DNA of 62,678 nucleotides, the filler included, from Phoronis australis (Eukaryota; Animalia; Phoronida), in assembly GCA_002633005.1 (NCBI GenBank). It is 6 parts of 6 records of this genome, joined end to end, with 100 filler letters (N's around TTAATTAATTAA, not from the genome) between each part and the next. Parts side by side here need not be neighbours in the genome. Positions count along the whole stretch, not along the records: positions 1 to 25,381 come from NMRA01000372.1; positions 25,482 to 30,826 come from NMRA01002359.1; 4 more parts are not named here. One strand, 5' to 3'. Position numbers and translations under genes: made by a program. The notes under the pieces are model-generated. The model had not been told where the DNA came from, made no database searches, and was given only the letters and a program-made list of their open reading frames with translations. Of the stretch, positions 13,094-25,596 are shown piece by piece; position 1 is the stretch's first letter; every line of letters starts with the position of its first letter.

Positions 13094-14650
13094 CAAAAGG
13101 GAATTCATAGACACAGCACTTGTCCCGTGTTAGGTGTGAGCTCATGAATTGTAGGGGAGTTGATTATTTGTATTTAGAGAGATCCAGCTTCACGTTAAAC
13201 GTGAACAGAACGTGTAAGGTCCGATTTTTGCTCAATTACTACCTGTACGTCACATTCTTAACCTACATGTAGTACCGGTACATTTTCGTGTTTTGTCTTA
13301 TGACATATGGATGACAACAATGTGAAGACAGCTGAACTCGCGTAGGTCCACAGCGTGAGTTCTAATTGGCGATTCAATGTAAAAAATCGTTAGATTCGTG
13401 CAACTATTAATGTTTTTAGAAAGTTTAGTCACCCAGGAGACGGTGCAAATAGTGCACGCCGAATATCCGGTTGATGTTTGAAATGTGACCTTCATTCTAT
13501 TAAGCCCTCTCGTCGTACTTGCAATTTATCTCAGAAAAGGCACAGAAATCGGATGGTAATGGGTGATTCGTACGCCAAAACATCCCAACTTTGGTTCTAT
13601 TTCATGAAAGAAAATGAGAAGAGTGCTTTCTATAGAGCTATTCAAGGGAGTAACTGAGGTTTTTGAGTTGAGCACAACGCTTTTTTCTGCTTTTGTGCTC
13701 AAAACACTCGTGATGTTAGAAAAAATGGCAGCCAATAATTGTGATACCAGGGGCATCGATTGTTAACGGGGGCAGAATATAATGAGGTCAACCCGGCCGT
13801 AAATTTGACTCCTTTTGACTCCTTCCCCCCGGTCGCCACCTATTGGCAACACCTGTACCTCTAGTGTGTCGGTGTACCCTTTGTTGATTGACTCTCACGT
13901 TCGCACCGAGCGTCTAACCGAAGGTCCCTACTGCAACACAACGCACACGCAAACGCTAACCAGTGGTGTGTGGTAACTCACACCTTCGTGTTCGCGTTGA
14001 ACATGTAACCGACGTTCTCATTTATCTGTATCTGACCAAGTCTTATAGATTTGTAGGCAAGGCGAAGTTCTGATTGGAAGCAAACACATGTAGATGGTGT
14101 GTTATCTCTACGTGCGACAATAGGAACTTAATGGTTGTTTTAAAAACTTTAAAAAAACATGCAAAGGCCAGTCCTGCTCGTTCCTGAACATATGTGTGAA
14201 GTGAAACGAATGCTATTGAAAACAGCGTTTATTTATAACAAGAGCAACGCGGGGTGTTGGTATTATCCCGGCCAACCCGCGATCAAAAAAATGAATATTT
14301 ACCAGTACAAGCAGGTCCTTGTGTGAGACGGCGTTGGGGAACGATGTCGTTAATTCTCTATGGCGATCGTGAACGCACATTTTTTCTCTGCATCGGCCTG
14401 AATAGTCGTTCAAGTTACGGTATTATGTCAATAATTTTAGAATAATACGGAGCCTGAATTAGTTGATCGGGTTGAATATTAATTACAATTCATTGTTATT
14501 TCATTATTTCTAAGTGAGATTTAGCCTAAGAAACATAAGTGAATGCGTTTGATATTTTTCAGTTGAACTGTAGCCACACGACGAGTCCGGCTTCAGGGTG
14601 TTAACGTCCACACCTTCAAAAGAGTAATAAAACTTCTGCATGTCACAACG

Positions 14651-14652
<2 letters not shown>

Positions 14653-14710
<58 letters not shown>

Positions 14711-14714
14711 NNNN
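14653..14714. repeat. (GT)n microsatellite ending in a small NNNN gap
   Basis: Directly visible. Confidence 0.95.
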
Positions 14715-15280
14715 CTATGGTTTATTCAGATTTACAGATTCTATGGTTGGTAGTTGTCTGATGTGATAGTATATTGACGTTTTGTTTTGAACCTTTTTTC
14801 ATCAAGTTTCTTTCTATACTTGTGCTATTTCAAAAGTATCTTTAACAGAACCAGTACATTTCTGTAGTGTTTAGGTAGATTTAAATGGCCATACCAAGTG
14901 TCATTGGGCAATACTTACATAAAATTGTTCTGACCAATTAGTATTTTAAAAGAAAATATATGTTTATGATTATTGTAGAAATTGCTTTCACATTGTTGTT
15001 GTCTTCCTGTGAGAGACTATTATTAATACTATTAATCAGTCCTAAGAACATTGTCTATGATTCAGTGATGATTTAGTTTAATATATCCCAAAAGTAATTC
15101 GTAGGAAATGTTCAATGAATTTGTTATGTTGATTTCCCTAAAGCCAAAAATTATATACTTTTGTAAGACCAATTTTGAGGTATGTGTGTAAAGGATTGTT
15201 ATACCACAATATTAGCGTTGAATGGCAGATACAACCGTGTAATAAGTTATCTCACTAGTGAGATAATATTTTGGCGGGAA

Positions 15281-15350
15281 ACCGAGGCCGGATTCGAACC
15301 CGGGCCTCAATAGTTGCGAGTGCGCCGACTTTACCACTACACTACTCAGC
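15281..15350 (-). mobile_element. tRNA-like (pol III A/B box) sequence; pseudo-tRNA or SINE head inside a repeat
   Basis: Minus strand TAGTGTAGTGG A box and CCGGGTTCGAATCCGG T-arm/B box, partial acceptor pairing GCTGAG/CTCGGT; anticodon stem does not pair. Confidence 0.55.
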
Positions 15351-17164
15351 GACTCACTTCAAACGTGAAAATAGAATACTTAAACGAGCACCCGCAACAA
15401 TCGCATGTTCAGCAAAGGCCATTGCACCGACATTTATACGCTATGAAAAATAAGACGCATAATTTCCATAAAAAACGATATTTTAATTCACTGAATTTTT
15501 TCTCTCGTGTTCTCTCACTTGTAAATCACCGATCTCTAATTTGAATGCAGGTGTCGTGTGGTCGGGATCCTTTGACTTGAGCATTATAGTCAGTTACTAT
15601 TGGTAACCTACTTTAGCAGACGATATATTCCCGGTCGAAGCTTAGCATGATAAAATGTGTAGTAAGCTATAACAGTTGCTAAACCTTAATTTATAGATTC
15701 CTTTTATTTCTATTAGTTTTATTTTTCAATTGGTTTTGAGTAAAAGCATTGTTTTACAAAAACATTTCGGCTTTTCTTAAAAGGTCACGACCTCCGACCC
15801 CGGGCCTCTGACATAGAAAGTAGTTACAAAGCCGAGGCGAGTCGAGAAAGGAAGATCGATTCATTGCAATGTTTCTCGTTCAGTATGTGGTAACGCCCCT
15901 CGGGCGATAATTCTCCAAAACCCACTCGGGCTCTAGATAACGGGGGATAACGACTTCGCCATGTAATATTCTATATACATTATAATAAAAATGCTATAAT
16001 ATTGTTTATTTTATGTGTAAATCACTACACTTGAAGTGATGTTAATTACAACATGTTGACTACGTTTTGAGAAAATCATGATATGTGTATTATAACTGTC
16101 TCAATCTTTTTCAATGTCAAATTAAACTGGAGATCATGAACTGATGATGCAGGTGAACTTAGGACCAAGACTACAAAACAGAAGAGTCAAACACAACGTA
16201 CATTCAAGCCACACGGGTGCCACAAGTCAATCTGTTCATCTCTGTATCGATGTTATCAGTAAAACATCAAGTAAAACCCCACCCGTTTTATCAGCACACC
16301 AGTTTACACAACTTCTGGCCAATTTTTAGATCCCAGTCGTTTATGAGTGGGGAACTTTGAATCATCTCGTGAAGTGTTGCCGCACTCCCCTCTCTCCCCA
16401 TGGGCAAGCTCATCAGCATTCATTGACTTCACTGGCTATTTGTTTTGTTTTCCCTTTTGCTGTTAAAATTTTACAAGAAGATTCTACACTCGCTTTCATC
16501 TCGGTGCTGCAACATTTTGTTTACCCCTGGCTGACAGGCCACATGGAACAACTCCTGGGTGAGTCGTCAGTTTAGAAACCCTTGTTCTCAGTGGTTTCGT
16601 TTAAAACTAGATGCCTGTACTTTTCAAAACCCTGGTTGGATGTACCTTCACGTCGTGGGTAACATGTTCGTTGAAGCCCGCCTCACAATAACACTGAGAT
16701 TGTTTCCTGAAATGAAAATAAATTCGTTTCTGAAACTAAAATTACGGTATGCTTGATGTACATGTAGTGCTCATGGCAATTTAATGGAAATATGCTATGC
16801 TGTTGTTCAGTTTTGATACGAAAGTAACACAGTAATGACATAAAATGTGATTAATTCATTGCACCACACTTATTTTGTAACATTTTTCACGTTTTTTAAG
16901 TAAAAAGTTCATTACTGTTCGACACACCACTATGATAAAACCTAAAAACACTGCTACAGGTTTTAGTATCCTTTTAAAAACTATGCACCAACTTAACGAA
17001 GCCTCCTGCTTTACTCAAATAGGATTTGTACTCACTCTCTCAGTCACAACTTGGACAGTAGGGTTCTTGCTAGGAGGTAACTCGGTCACGCTTGGCGGTT
17101 TCTAAAAGAGACTTTGCAATGAGCTTTCAAAATTTGCTCTAAAATTTTGAGGGCTGTCGAACAT

Positions 17165-18020
17165 TTTTATTTATTTATTGTGATATTTAAATTTAGGGTG
17201 ACCTCTTCAATGATAGCACTGCTTTCCAAGAGGGCCGTCAACAACAAAATATAAAACAGTAATATAATACAATAAAGTAATAAAACAATAATTAAATACA
17301 GAGATACAATTAAAACAGGTTGAGAATTAAGATAATAAATAAATGAGGAAGGATGATGAAAATTGGATTAAGAGAGATGAAACAAATACAGATGATAATT
17401 AACAGTGAGAGTATTTACTTACGATGAAAAATGACGTAATTAAGACAGGTAGGGTGTAAAAACGGTTTGGTAAATTACAGCCACCTTTTAATAATAAGTT
17501 TGAAAGCGAAAGTATTTATTAAATCGGACCGGTTAATTTCTGGGCTAAGAGAGTTCCATATTGCAGAAGCAGCATAAATAAAAGATCTCTGGCCGGTCTC
17601 GGTTTTATTTTTTTTAAAAGAAACATTACCTGCAACAGAAGAATGTGTAGAGTATACAACTTGGCTGCTGCTGGATTTTCTGAAGAGAGATGCTGGCGCC
17701 AAGCCATTGGCACATCTGTACATACAACAGGCAGAGAGATATTTATTTCAGTTTTTGTTTTACTTTCATAAATCCAAGCTTGTAGTACAAGTCGTCGACC
17801 CTGGTGTCCCCAGTTCTAGTACCCAGGGTAGTCCTGGCGGCTCTATTTTGGATTACTTGGATTTTGCTGACAAGTGTGTCACTGGTGTGCCCCCAAACTG
17901 GTAAACAATAATCAATATGAGGCTGAATAATAGAATGGTAAAGTGTCTTAAGACTGCTGACATTAAGAAATTTACCAAGACGTTTAAGTACACCGATTAT
18001 TTTTAATAATTTTATTCTTC
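17165..18020 (-). mobile_element. 5'-truncated non-LTR retrotransposon remnant (CR1/L2-group 3' end)
   Basis: Degenerate post-RT ORF: LKTLYHSIIQPHIDYCLPVWG...IQVIQNRAAR, then after a stop and frameshift MYRCANGLAP...GQRSFIYAASAIWNSL; 3' UTR stem-loop CCTCTTGG...GAAGAGG and (AAAT)n tail. Confidence 0.85.
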
Positions 18021-20216
18021 AACAATGTACACTTATAATTTTTTTAAGGGTGAAAGGGTGAACAAGGAAAAGGGGCAAGGACTTTCACTCGCACACTCGC
18101 ACACTCATTCACACTTTTCATCATTTAATAATAACACCACTAAACAATATATGAATTAAATATATTACAGATATTACAGATTCATTGCATGGCAGCACTG
18201 AGGCTCTCCCACATTTTAATATTAATGTTGTCCGGTTCTTTTTGTTTTTGAAATTAAATATTGTAATTTTAATATATTTTGACATGAATAACTTAAGAGC
18301 AGACTAATCTGGATGCAACTGCTGTTGGCTACGCAAATAAATAAAATATTGGGCAATAGTGATAACATAATTAATCAACAGGGAGAATTAAGAACTAATT
18401 TTCTTTGATAATTTCTTTATGATGGGATGTATGTGCATATTAAATTTAAGATTGGGATCCAAAATAAGGCCCAAAATACACAGCTTGGTAGTTTTATACC
18501 AAAACCAAGAATGGCATGCGACTTCAGTGCACCATCAGACAATGCACCTATGATGCCAAAACAATCCGAACTCTAGAAATTGGGTACACAATGGCTGCCG
18601 ACCCTACCTTTTTTGCTAACCAGAACAGTCTGGGGGGTACCTGAAGTTCCAACCAAAATTTGCATTGCAGACAGAAAATGACATAGTTTACAAACAGCCG
18701 CGGTTGCAAGATAAAAACAAAGGGGACAACAAACTGCCTTATTTTCGCGACTTAAAAATGTCGTAGCAACCATAGTTAGAGTAAATCTCAAAGCAATCAT
18801 GCAATCGAACAGGCGTTATTTTTATGAAATGGGGTGTTGACTGCGGCTCGACCAAACTGCTTAGTGTCACCAGAGTCCCCGTCCATGTGTCATGACTGGA
18901 GTGCTACCCATTCACAGCGCCACCACAGCCCCCGGGGTCCTGGCGGTTCAGACCAGGGTTTGATCGTTTAACCCATTAAGTTTTCCTTAGATGTGGCTTT
19001 TCGTGAAGTTGCATTTTACTGTGTTTTGCGGCCAAAAATCAAATTAGGTCTTTTACTCCTTACCGTGTTGAGATAGATTTCCTGTTACCAACATATTGGC
19101 GACTCATGAACGTATACTGGGGTTGGTCAACCCTAAATCAACATAATCGAAAATGCTGCACGGAGCTATATTCAAAATAGAATCTGAAAAAAAAACGATG
19201 TTACTGTTCTCTAAATTATGACTTAGTTTTCTAATTTCTACAACTTTCGATTTTTATGACAATCGGAAAAGTGCTGTTTTTGACAGTCCTTCATGCAAAA
19301 TTCAGTGTGGAACGTTTCAAAATAATTTCTAACACTGTTTCGGAAGGCAGTGCATAAGCTAAAGCATAATAACTGAAACATTCGTATGAATCCAATCGGC
19401 CATTTCTTAGAAATGACGCTCCGCAATCAGACAAATTTGAAACTCTTCTAAGGTCCTACATAACCATAATTACATGTAATATGTGGCAAAGGGAGTCTTC
19501 ACTCATAAGTTAAGCTGAAAAGACCGACCAATACACCACAGCGTGGCGATGAGCAGTTCGCTTATCTTATTGAATGGCGGCCATTCAATATTCCCATGTA
19601 CATGTACATGGATACATCGATATTTGTGGAACTGGGTGCGAGCTTTCGTGAGTCCGTTCAAAAATAGCTCCGCAAAGAGGCAATTTATGAGAAAGGGAAG
19701 CGGTTATCAGCAGACATGGGTCGCTTAGTGAGCGCCCAGCTGTACAAAATAATGACGCCCGAAAATACCACCTACGGAGATATCGTACATAACCGCATTT
19801 AAAAAACGATAACACACGCCCGTGTTGACTTAGGAAGTTAATGCCATAGCCATAGATCCCAACGCGAGATTATCGCTATGCCACAAAGTGCATTAGTCTA
19901 TCAATAATGTAGGCCTACATGTACATGTACCGGATCACGCACGAATCCGTGTAGCCATATTATCACTTAATGATTTTACATGTGAGAACTCGAATTTCAC
20001 CTGCCGTATCTGTAGGGAATCTATTCAGTGAAATCAGTTTAATCACAATGTGGTGTTATATTTTGATTCACTTGTTTGCTGAGTCTGTTTTAAAAACATG
20101 AAAACAATTGATAACCAATGTCCGGCATGCAAATATTTGGTCAGCTATCACTGATGCCCCATAGTATCCATTAGACCTCATTTCAAATCTCTGGTATTGA
20201 AATGCCTGGGTAGAGT

Positions 20217-20978
20217 CACAGGCGTCCTATCCTCAGCTCGTCCCCAATACACTATACTGATAATACTACATGGTTTGACCCTCCGGACTAGGAATTCCAC
20301 GGGTGCTTCACTTCAGCCGTCCATAGCAAACACAAAACTCAATGAATTTACACAAAACAGGGGCTCAACAAACCATGAGGAATTTTTCTTTCTCCCAATA
20401 TCATTTACGGTGTCCTGCTACACTGAGTTCGCAAGAAATTCGAGTTCAAAGCACAAAAATCTTCCCAAAAAGTCCGTCCGGAGCACCTCGCGTGTCCCAC
20501 GCGAAGGTCAAGGACGGTACGGAATTATCTAATGAGTTAGGGATGGTTACGAAATGGTCTGGCTAAGGTGGAGTCAAAGACGCTAACTACGGTCTCTGGT
20601 GGAGTTGTCGATGTCGTGATATTCCGTGACAATCGGAAATCGCCTTTCATCAGTAACTCATCGGATAATTCCGTACCGCCGTTGACCTTCGCGCGGGACA
20701 CTGGAGTTGTTCTACACGGGCTTTTTTGGGAAGTTTTTTGTACTTTGACTGCAAATTTCTTGCGAACTCGGTGAAGCAGGACACTGTAAATGATATTGGG
20801 AGAAAGAACAATTCCTCATGGTTTGTTGAACCACTGTTTTGTGAAAATTTGTTGAGTTTTTTGTTTGCTTTAGACGGCTGAAGTAAAGCACGCGTGGACT
20901 ATTTCTAGTCTGGAGTGCAATACCTTGTAGTATATACATATAGTGTATTGGGATTTTCAGAAGCTGAGGACGCCTGTG
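20217..20978. mobile_element. Foldback-type non-autonomous DNA transposon with long TIRs and 8-bp TSD
   Basis: Begins CACAGGCGTCCT and ends AGGACGCCTGTG; ~330-bp imperfect inverted arms; GGTAGAGT at both 20209-20216 and 20979-20986. Confidence 0.9.
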
Positions 20979-21481
20979 GGTAGAGTTAAATAACGCTAGG
21001 ATATCTCCTAAATCTAGCCAAAGATCACATCACGTGTTATCATTTAAAGTACACTGCAATGTCTCACGTAATCTCTCGAAGTCTTGCTTTTGAGCCGAGA
21101 TGTCCTAGCATTACTGAAATCTACCCAGATTTGCTCAGCACCTGTGGAATACCAGCATGTTGATAGACAAGCGTGATGCTCCGTTCTCTCAATAGACCCG
21201 CCGCTGGTGAATACTTTAAAAAATAAAACTAAGCCCTGACCAGTCTGTAAATCTATAGGTAACAAAATAGAACCCTGAAAATGTCGATGTTTTGTCAAAA
21301 GAAATTTTGTCAAAATCCACCAGTTAATGAGTAACAAATCAATACCGCCGTTGGGTGAGTTAGACATGTTTTATGGAAACATTGAGCTATCACAGTGAAC
21401 GGGCAAATCTACCTCCCTCACATCAAGACAATACGTTAAAACCTCTTTCGATCGACACTCGGGCATGCTTCTGAGAAATGA

Positions 21482-21867
21482 TTTATCGGAAACGATTGTT
21501 GTAAGTACCTCAGAGCCGGACTTGCGGTTTCTATTATTTTCCAAGCAATTGTGGGCAAAACGCCGTCTCTCATAATCAGTTCAGAGAGTATTAGCGAAGC
21601 TGTTATTACCAAAGACAAATTCAAGAAACTGAACAAATTATTTGCAAAAATGCATGCAAAAGTGTCTGGCAAGTCAGAAGAAAAGATGGATGAGACTAAT
21701 AGATACTTTAGAACTTTAGAAAGTGTATTAACATTTTACATGGACACTTTTCCTGAAGCTCATGTTTTAATAAAGCAACGTCGGCCAAAGGACTATGTCA
21801 GACCTTGGCTAAGCTTGGGTTAGGTCTCATGGAGGAACTGGGAGGAGAATCTATTCAGAGGATGTTT
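21482..21867 (+). pseudogene. Degenerate RAG1/Transib-related transposase fragment
   Basis: FIGNDCCKYL ... FYMDTFPEAHVLIKQRRPKDYVRPW, then after a frameshift LGLMEELGGESIQRMF; order and spacing parallel RAG1 GNFARKL ... HK.LAH.P ... G...SEGNES. Recognised by eye only. Confidence 0.5.
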
Positions 21868-22391
21868 GTCACTCACAAGGGGTATGGCAGGCATTTACTG
21901 CCAAGCACCTTACCTGACATTAGGCGCCAGGCAACCTTGCAGTAGTCTGTTTACTAGTTTACATAATTTTTTTGAAGATATCTGTCTTGTAAAAAGTGAT
22001 ATATTGTCAGTTTGAAGATTGAGATAGCCAAGCATAAACATCGAATGTTGCAATCCCAAGCAATGTAATACATCATGGTTTGAATACTCGGGTCATGTTC
22101 TTGAATGCTGAGGTACCAAGTTTTAGAATCATACCATTTATTCAAATTCCAATACTATCAGAATATGATTTCATAGACAACACAGATGATATTTTTGGAA
22201 AATCTTTGACAGACTTACAACAAAATTTCCAGTTATCCAAAATATTGATCTTGAAGGTACCGATTTGTTTTTCTGGTAATAAATGATTTCTGATAATGTT
22301 CCAGCCAGCATGATTTAAACCACCTGTCGTCTGAACTAAAGATGCTACGATGAACAACAACCAAAACCGTGATTGTGTAATAAAACACTTG

Positions 22392-22505
22392 CACTAACAC
22401 TAACACAAACACAAACACAAACACTAACACAAACACTAACAATAATACTATAAATAAGAATAACAATAACAATAGCAATAATAATAATAACAATAATAAT
22501 AATAA
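22392..22505. repeat. Low-complexity (ACTAAC/ACAAAC)n-(AAT)n microsatellite
   Basis: Directly visible. Confidence 0.9.
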
Positions 22506-22770
22506 ATTTTATTTATAGAGGATAAAATACAATACATGTAGATATTAAAAACATGCTTTAGCCAAAACCAAATACAGAGAATGATCCTCTCACAACAAAA
22601 AATAAAATAAATTAAACTAAATGAATTAAGATAGATTAAATATGTTACATTAAAGTGAAATGAATAGTTATTTTATTATTAAATTTACAAATTGAAATAA
22701 AAACAAATTTAAACTGTTTGTGTCAGTGATCACTACCACAGTTTCGCTCAATTGCAAAACATGGTGATAT

Positions 22771-22905
22771 CTGACGTGATGACTTGCGTTATCATGCTTT
22801 TCGCGCGATTTCAAACCTGCGGAACTCAGTCCTGGGCGTGCGTTCAGTAGAGACGAGTATCTCGCGAAAACGCAAGAGTTCCTGTATTACAAGCCAATCA
22901 CGTGA
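22771..22905 (+). promoter_or_regulatory. Putative proximal promoter of the cGLR gene
   Basis: CpG-rich patch with TGACGT, TTTTCGCGCG (E2F-like, 22798) next to TTCAAA (CHR-like), CGCGAAAA (~22863), AGCCAATCA (22892) overlapping TCACGTGA (22898), 100-230 bp upstream of the ATG. Confidence 0.4.
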
Positions 22906-23003
22906 CAACATTAGCTGCGCAAGATACTTGCGTCTAAAAAACTGCAAAGGATATTTATAGTTATGTTGTCACTCTTATCAGACTTGAACCTTATACATGT
23001 ACA

Positions 23004-23610
23004 ATGTATGACAGCTGTGTAAACGCTCTCAGTGAGACTTCTCTCGCAAGCAAAATGAATGTCGATGATAACAGACTGAACAGGCAGTTGAACGTATACT
23101 TCGCACAATATGTGAAGGTAAAGTTAGACAGCAAAAAGAATGTGGTACGGGAGACATTTCCAATCGTGCAAGAACTTGTCAAAGAAGTAGGACGATGTGA
23201 TCGCAGATTTTCCAGGCAATTTAGATTGGTTGGTAGTCATGCTCATAATTTAAAGAATGTATTTCCAGACGAGTTTGATGTTAACATTCCACTCCTTTTG
23301 GATAAAAGTCTCTTTGAAGAAGTGCGCTCCTGCAATCTTGACTTGATTGCAGACAACGATTGGGGAGAAAGTATGTTTTCTTGGCTTGGTCGTGCCATCG
23401 GATTAATTGAATATCGTCGGTTTGCTGGCGAGATCTTCAAAATTTCGCCATTGGATAACACTGCCCCGGAAGGATTTGTGTTTATCAAGCAGTTGAGCGA
23501 ATCTAACACGTACAGCGATTGGGTCTTCAATGGATACTTGGTACCTCGTCTTGTGAAAAAGACGTTCTATCATTTACTTCAGGATGCAGTCCATACTCTT
23601 GGCTATGCAG
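23004..23610 (+). CDS. cGAS-like receptor (cGLR) / Mab-21 family nucleotidyltransferase, first coding exon
   Basis: 202 open codons; N-terminal spine helix, NTase signature LVGSHAHNLKNVFPDEFDV, GFVFIK, GYLVPRLVKKTFYHLL; donor CAG|GTGCGT, phase 1. Downstream exons not found before the contig end. Confidence 0.9.
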
Positions 23611-25381
23611 GTGCGTAATTAGTTATGTTCATTCAACGTCTCAACGCCAGAAACTTGTAACATGCACTACTGCGCATGCGCTAAATCTTGCCAGCAGCCC
23701 TCCATAAGAAATACACAAGAACAGACTATAATCAGGAATTTGTAAGTGAAGGGAGATAACTACACAGTTTGCCGATAGCCTGTAGCATAGAGTGTATGTT
23801 AAGACTTGTTACTGCCAAATATCAGCGTCATTGGTGAATTTTTTTCCACGTCTCTTGAAGTTTGAAGTTTGCCCCATTCAGGCCTATGTTAACGATCGTC
23901 CGGAATTCAATATTTGAGCGCATGTAGCTCATTTTGTAGTCAAGTTTGTGGCTGAATTCATTTTGCCATCGCCGGGATTTGCCGCCAGCGTAGGTGATTA
24001 CCAGGAGTAGGCCTACTCAGAGGTTGCTGGTCCAAATTTCATGCTGTTTTTCGAAATTTTTTCCACGTCTCTTGTGTTCAGAAAATGGATCCACGTACAG
24101 TGCTGTGAGATGAAATGTTGCCGATCGCCCGGCTGTCTTGCAATGGAATTTGCACTCTAGATGAGAGATTAGCTCAGAATCGGTAAGAAACTGTTATATT
24201 CATTTTCTCATCCGGTATGAGCTTAGAAATGCTTTCGAAGATTGAAAAGCCGGATTTTATAGAGTTTTATGCAGGTTTTTCGCCTGTGAGATAGTTATCT
24301 TCAAAATGTTGTTTCGTTTTTTGTGATCCACAAAACGTTGTCCTTTCGTCTTAATTTAATGCTGTTACATTGGAGTGGATTCCAGACACAAATATGTATT
24401 GGCAAACATCTGAAGATTAATAAAAAGCGCTTTGACAGCCCGCTCAAGGCTGCAAGCACACGCCGGCTGGCTGGCGTTCAATTCACTTTTGTTGTGCTTA
24501 TGTGTAGGCCTACAAGTTAACATAGATCTGTGACCCCCAATGACCCAGATAGCACTGTCATACCAGAGACCGTAGAGAGGGAGACGTTTCAGCTAGCGAA
24601 ATCCTATTGGACGGCCAGTGGCGGCCATTGTTGTTCCATGGACCGTAGAGACGTCTAGCGGGTGTGTGTGGGAAAAAAGGAATATGGCTGATACAGCGGT
24701 CACAGAGACAAGATATTTTATCTGATCATGTAGTTCATATAGATTTCCCATAGTTAATACCTCTGAGGGTAGTGCTGTGTCAAGTAACTACAAAACAAGA
24801 TATGCCGGCTGCAGTCCCTAAAAAGAGGATCAGAGGAGCTGTTTGCGCTGCAGAAAAACCGGGACTTGCACTCCCACTACTGATAAAGACAGGTGAGATA
24901 TACGAGTGATACAAAGAATTCTTTTTGTGAAAATGCTGCCTCTCAACCATTGATGTTGGCAGCGATTTGAACTTGTCTTATCTTTAAGTTTCAAGGTTTT
25001 ATTTGATTACTCAAAGCAAAATTGTGGTAATCCGTTACACATAACGCTTAGCCCTCGTGAGAGACCGCCCCGAGATGGATGCTGGAGCAACTCGGGGCGG
25101 TCTGGGATCAAGCGGAAAAACCACAGGGTAAATCTGTGGTCGACGAATCTATTCGGTCGATTACATTTTATTGCCCGTGAAGCCGCTAAGGGCTGCCTGA
25201 AGAAATATGACTCGCGCGTTTGTACTTTCGCCTTTTTCAATAACATGTAAAAGATTCATCAACAAATTCCTCGTAAAATTCTGAAAACAAGCGTTTTTCT
25301 CCCACGAAAATCGATGAAGTTTTGGCCGAGATATTTCACTTTCAGTCCAGGCTAGCCCTGCACACTCAGAGAATCGTCACA

Positions 25382-25481
25382 NNNNNNNNNNNNNNNNNNN
25401 NNNNNNNNNNNNNNNNNNNNNNNNNTTAATTAATTAANNNNNNNNNNNNNNNNNNNNNNNNNNNNNNNNNNNNNNNNNNNN
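25382..25481. other. Artificial assembly linker
   Basis: 44 N + TTAATTAATTAA + 44 N; stops in all six frames. Confidence 0.97.
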
Positions 25482-25596
25482 GCGCCTTGTGAGAGACCTA
25501 GGCAGACCTCATACCAAAGTGTAACTTCTTGGTCAAAGCAGTTCTTCCAGTTGATAATCACAGTGTCATCGATTTTTCGCATATCTGGTTTAATTC
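25482..25596 (-). CDS. Ig/FN3-like repeat protein, exon C (truncated by gap)
   Basis: tattgtAG acceptor, phase 1; (G)IKPDMRKIDDTVIINWKNCFDQEVTLWYEVCLGLSQG; in frame with the previous exon. Confidence 0.7.

Noticed and set aside
15281-15350. Functional tRNA gene
   Set aside because: The anticodon stem cannot pair and the acceptor stem is imperfect; kept only as tRNA-like.
24765-24900. Possible second decayed THAP start (TGCTGTGTC...) in a MITE-like segment
   Set aside because: Too degenerate to translate convincingly.
25426-25437. TTAATTAATTAA recurring five times as a possible biological motif
   Set aside because: Always centred in 44+44 N, so it is a synthetic linker.
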